Source of the DNA: an uncultured bacterium
GTDB taxonomy: Bacteria; JAGOEH01
Assembly: GCA_964632485.1 (NCBI GenBank)
Contig: CAZWDO010000019.1
Coordinates: forward strand, 60,160-80,159
Direction: 5' to 3'
DNA length: 20,000 bases
The position numbers were made by a program, and so were the translations under genes. Every line of letters starts with the position of its first letter. The stretch's first letter is position 1. Positions 17,201 through 20,000 of the stretch are shown here, piece by piece. The notes beneath the pieces are model-generated. The model was not told where the DNA came from, made no database searches, and saw nothing but the letters and a program-made list of their open reading frames with translations.

Positions 17201-19462
17201 GTTGAGGTTAATGGCCGGAATAGCGATCGTAGCATCGGTCCATACCGGCGCGGGGGCGGAGATTGCGCTGACTTCATCCGCATCTTCGAGGCGGCTGCCG
17301 TTTCCGGCCCGATCGACGGCTAACACTTTATATTTTAATAGCCGTTCACAGCCCACATAGGCGCGGTCGACATAAAACGTATCGACGATATTATCCCGAA
17401 TTCCCAGCAAGACATTGTTCTGATCATATATATATAATGTATAGGAATCAATGGTATTGCACATGAGTGGAGAGGCGTCGGTAACGGGAGGTCGCCAACC
17501 GATACGGACATTGCCGTCGGTTTGAGATTCGGCGTGGAGATTGGTGACTGCAGGGAGAGTTCCGAAATTCTGTTCAACATAAGTTGTGGCAAAGCCAGTT
17601 TCACAAATATCCCCATCCAGGGTAAAACGGGCTTTGACCTTAACGGTATAGGATGTTCGATTAAGCATTGTAAAGCGGTTATCGGGCAAGGTAAATGACC
17701 GGTCAGCCTGCCACCCGGATTGAAAAACCATGGCATTGTCAGAAGTCTGCTCGAATTCATACCAGTATTCGATAGTCCCACCAAACAAACGATCGGAAAT
17801 ATCCTGGCAACGCAGTGTGGCGCTGGTACGGAAACACCCTTCGCCATCGACGATATTCGGATTTTTAACCGAATATCCCACAACAGTTGCTACTTCAGTC
17901 GCTTCATTGCCGGCCTGATCGATGGCTTGAATGCGATATTCATACCCCCCGCAGCGCAACGCAACGGAACGGTCATAATATTCAGTCGCTTCCACATTGG
18001 AGGCAATCTGGATAAATTGCTCGGCAGCGGTTGCCCGGCGAAATACATTATAGGTTAATCCCTCATCGTCGCAATCATCATAGGCCTCATCCCAGCCTAA
18101 ATGGATTGTACCATCAGCCTGGCAGGAGGCCACTGGATTCTTGGGAGCCGCCGGACGGGTGTGGTCCAGATTCACCTGATAAAACGAAGTGTACCCCGTA
18201 GGGTTGCCGGCGATATCCTTGGCTTTCATGGCTACATAATATATTCCGCAATAAGAGGGGCGTAAAATATCTGCGGCGTACCCTGAGGCTTGAGCCACAT
18301 CAGCCGCTGCCAGATAACCGGTGCTATCCATAAAGGGGATGGTGGTGTCAGGGTCCATCGTTAAAAATACCTGAAACGAATCAGCGGTAATGGCGCAATT
18401 ATCCTCCCATTGGACATTCAGGCGCTTCTGTGGATCATATTGCGCAAAAACAACATCAGTTATTTCTGGTTGACACGGCGCCAATGCATCGCAGGTCGCC
18501 TGAACTCGGTTGAAGCTCATTAGAATTTCGTCAAACGATTCAACCATAGTCGGATCATACGCAACTATATGATAATAATAAGTCCGGCCATGCTGCAATC
18601 CCTGATTCGGACGATCAATATAGGTCGTTTGATTCAGAGGTAAAGTCGCGATCAGATTAACCGGTTCCACCACAAAATTGGGATCGGTGGAGCGATAAAG
18701 CTTATATGAGGTTAATCCTGGGCTCACCCAGTTATTTATTTTTGCGGCATCCCAGGCCAGATGAATTTCACCAGCGGGTTGCGCGGCAGCAGTCAGAACA
18801 TCAGCAGGACGAGTGGCTTTCTGATACGAATTGACAGAGCCTACCCAAGGACTTTCATTATTAGAATAATCGACGGCTTTCACAAAATAAAAATAACGTT
18901 TGTCGGCATCCAGATTATCTATTCGGTCGCGCGTCGTACCTTTACGCAGAGTGGTATCATTACGAATGCCTACAAAGTTAGCCGTATCGTTCACTTCCGC
19001 CCATAAGGTCCAATAGTACCGAACGTCGTTCGATACCGATTCAAGCCAGCCGATCCAGTTGAAATCGCCACCCGACGAATCGGGTTCGACTTTTGCTACT
19101 GGCGGTTCCGGCGGAATATTATCAACCATTACCCGTTGATTCATGGTTTCCACTACTCTGTTCCGGCTATCTTTAAAATAAACCGTATAAAAGTAGGTTC
19201 GTCCATTTTCAAGTTCCGGGGAATCATCCAGACGCAGGTTGCTGAATTCAGCGGGAGGTCCGTTAAAAACACGAATACCTATTTCGCCGATGTTCGCTGA
19301 ACGCCAGACTTCGACGGAACTGATATCAGGATTGAACGATTCAATTCTAAACTGAACAGCGCCATGAGCTGCGCCACGCAAAGCAAAACGATTCTCTGCC
19401 ATTGCGCTGGCAACCATGAATACAAGTAAGAACGCAAGGAACAAATTTTCCCTGAACCTCAT
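14210..19462 (-). CDS. Very large secreted FN3-repeat protein (1750 aa) with T9SS type-A-like/FlgD-Ig C-terminal sorting domain
   Basis: Signal peptide. Many FN3 modules (L.W...Y.iYR...Y.D...YYY.v.avD.aGNE, D..pP..P linkers). C-terminus PQKYALWQNFPNPFNPTTTIAF...LDIYNIVGERIARL...GLYFYRL...KKMLFLK. AGGAGAG SD at 19469-19475. No catalytic domain recognised. Confidence 0.9.
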   Translation of the reverse strand: MRFRENLFLAFLLVFMVASAMAENRFALRGAAHGAVQFRIESFNPDISSVEVWRSANIGEIGIRVFNGPPAEFSNLRLDDSPELENGRTYFYTVYFKDSRNRVVETMNQRVMVDNIPPEPPVAKVEPDSSGGDFNWIGWLESVSNDVRYYWTLWAEVNDTANFVGIRNDTTLRKGTTRDRIDNLDADKRYFYFVKAVDYSNNESPWVGSVNSYQKATRPADVLTAAAQPAGEIHLAWDAAKINNWVSPGLTSYKLYRSTDPNFVVEPVNLIATLPLNQTTYIDRPNQGLQHGRTYYYHIVAYDPTMVESFDEILMSFNRVQATCDALAPCQPEITDVVFAQYDPQKRLNVQWEDNCAITADSFQVFLTMDPDTTIPFMDSTGYLAAADVAQASGYAADILRPSYCGIYYVAMKAKDIAGNPTGYTSFYQVNLDHTRPAAPKNPVASCQADGTIHLGWDEAYDDCDDEGLTYNVFRRATAAEQFIQIASNVEATEYYDRSVALRCGGYEYRIQAIDQAGNEATEVATVVGYSVKNPNIVDGEGCFRTSATLRCQDISDRLFGGTIEYWYEFEQTSDNAMVFQSGWQADRSFTLPDNRFTMLNRTSYTVKVKARFTLDGDICETGFATTYVEQNFGTLPAVTNLHAESQTDGNVRIGWRPPVTDASPLMCNTIDSYTLYIYDQNNVLLGIRDNIVDTFYVDRAYVGCERLLKYKVLAVDRAGNGSRLEDADEVSAISAPAPVWTDATIAIPAINLNADTLRYRVTRCSSLVVSYIYQIAYGSSFADSVIVENQTQNSTEFSSDQQFFVISPPVLDVNPCDTIYFRIRAVYQGNYMSPYSTVLTKKVDMTPPVPPTTFTYDYISGKANLYWQAGSDDCSAVEGYRLRIKKDATTNPFYTAVVNTTSLSVLRIFDRFNDQGAAIDITTNGQYYVYLYAIDRAGNESPSASTVLQLETMPAPAEAPTLIYYHADRYYISPDSLYFAPGDTHTVYLTYNKNLLDTAQYLTQYEVSTDPLFSAARLKFLSDWTRPDANEGGVPYHFAYTFGKNGRGQLIMNDPQQPLYYRARVNRTLYHDTSAWSNVIHCVQDSAKPTSSNNQIYYTKRPFGVQVIRWQDMVHSLIEAGSGLKYMILEGSRSSNFASGVDTSLVIPFTSADTTMDTVVKINRRAEDPNPLPFYLRFKLIDQVGNTNYIVTSPRVVYFSFDSITVTLRALDATLPTPQVTSNKQPVEIEIYAPDVISAVRYKKYLDVGNDTDVVNKDLYVLNRQTSHLIDTLDLVVNESLNFNFTGDGYRYITPYLYSAQYDLIGNATEHIFYDTTPPTTVIKEGCEALPAGVDTGTIIIQWSHSRDTSGIYRYDIYRQEGRGDSIMSHLLDSIPANSFFNMYTDTRVETEKRYYYQIVPVDYANNQQTASEAFSVWADFTSPAAPQVSVLPDFLASNNLNLTLIAGSHDIKTLNVYFSKDGSFNQNQAYTKTFTNLVWQGDTLKLTGFSQKTFANMLNYIAIEMIDSTGNKSELFTASCADCDDVLSVLIDDEPPAPVSRENLSVQRIPSQQNPKNRLSWRAVEDNLTGIMGYRIYRSMTPEVDSAVVGALIATVPPMGQEMHYFDTTITPTAQYYYVAAPVDSAGNENFRQSGVTSDQATFVLAKEEAVIPQKYALWQNFPNPFNPTTTIAFDVPAGYDGTVTLDIYNIVGERIARLLNQSMSPGAYRVTWHGCDETGREVGTGLYFYRLQLGTKFQAGKKMLFLK

Positions 19463-19516
19463 TATATTCTCTCCTTTTTTTTTATTTTCAAGGTTGAAGA
19501 GTGGTCCACATGCTTA

Positions 19517-19545
19517 ATAATATAAAAATATAGAGAAATTGTCAA
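19517..19545 (-). promoter_or_regulatory. sigma70-type promoter of the operon
   Basis: Minus-strand TTGACA (19545-19540), 17-nt spacer, TATTAT (19522-19517). UP-element-like A-tracts at about 19550-19583. Lies about 55 bp upstream of the first ATG. Confidence 0.8.
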
Positions 19546-20000
19546 GTTGTTTTTTTTTGATATTTTTTTTTAATTAATTTTTTAACAAGATATTTCCGTA
19601 AATTACTATCCATTTATATGGGTTTATTCCGTATTTAATTAAATTCTATATTTATAGTCATTGAATCAGCATTTATTCTATCCAGATGCGCCAAATCAGA
19701 GATTCCTTAGACAGCTCATATCTCGCTCACTTTTCACTACCCAATCATAAAAATTTTTCATGCGCAATTCATCAATTTATCACGCATCCCATCAATGGGA
19801 GCCATTCCGAACGAAAACGAGTGTCCGCTGATTTTCCAGACGATCCATTTCTTCAAAATCCAGACCTCTTTAACAGAGTACTTTACCGGGAACAACATCT
19901 TCTGAGTCTAAACTAACCGGAGCTGATCGCTGATCAATGATAGATCGGATCTTCCAAGCTCGAAATGGGGTCAACTTGTTTTAAGTCAATTTATTAAGCC

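Noticed and set aside
1285-19006. Many short plus-strand ORFs and nested minus-strand ORFs (e.g. 11501-12151, 15527-16030, 17335-17883)
   Set aside because: They lie antisense to or within long genes with clear domain content and show no recognisable motifs; they are shadow ORFs.
19686-19916. 76-aa plus-strand ORF
   Set aside because: No SD in a locus where real genes have strong ones, and no recognisable motif. It cannot be supported as a gene.
1-20000. CRISPR arrays, tRNA/rRNA, IS elements, intrinsic terminators
   Set aside because: No spaced direct repeats, RNA gene signatures, transposase ORFs or GC hairpin plus U-tract were seen by eye.

Overview
Almost the whole window is one tightly packed minus-strand operon. 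It starts from a near-consensus sigma70 promoter (TTGACA-17-TATTAT, 19545-19517) and runs off the left edge. Gene order: two giant secreted FN3/Ig-repeat proteins with T9SS/FlgD-Ig-type C-terminal sorting domains (1750 aa, 1135 aa); a PorV/PorQ-family beta-barrel fused to a TPR domain; two ExbB/TolQ-family proteins with signal peptides and large N-terminal extensions, one TonB-CTD-like; two long ExbD/TolR proteins; a membrane-anchored unknown in the TonB/TolA slot; a 1069-aa secreted helical/Cys-rich/beta-propeller protein; and a third ExbB paralogue (truncated, absent from the ORF track). Strong Shine-Dalgarno sites and the canonical promoter argue against Bacteroidia. The CTDs, PorV-like gene, N-terminal Gln pattern and D-S/T motifs point to another FCB-type lineage such as KSB1 or Calditrichota (inference). 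The main hypothesis is a T9SS-like cargo/PorV module co-transcribed with a dedicated heteromeric ExbBD-type proton motor. No PorL/M(GldL/M), SprA or TonB-dependent receptor gene is seen in the window. All domain calls are by eye; no database searches were run.
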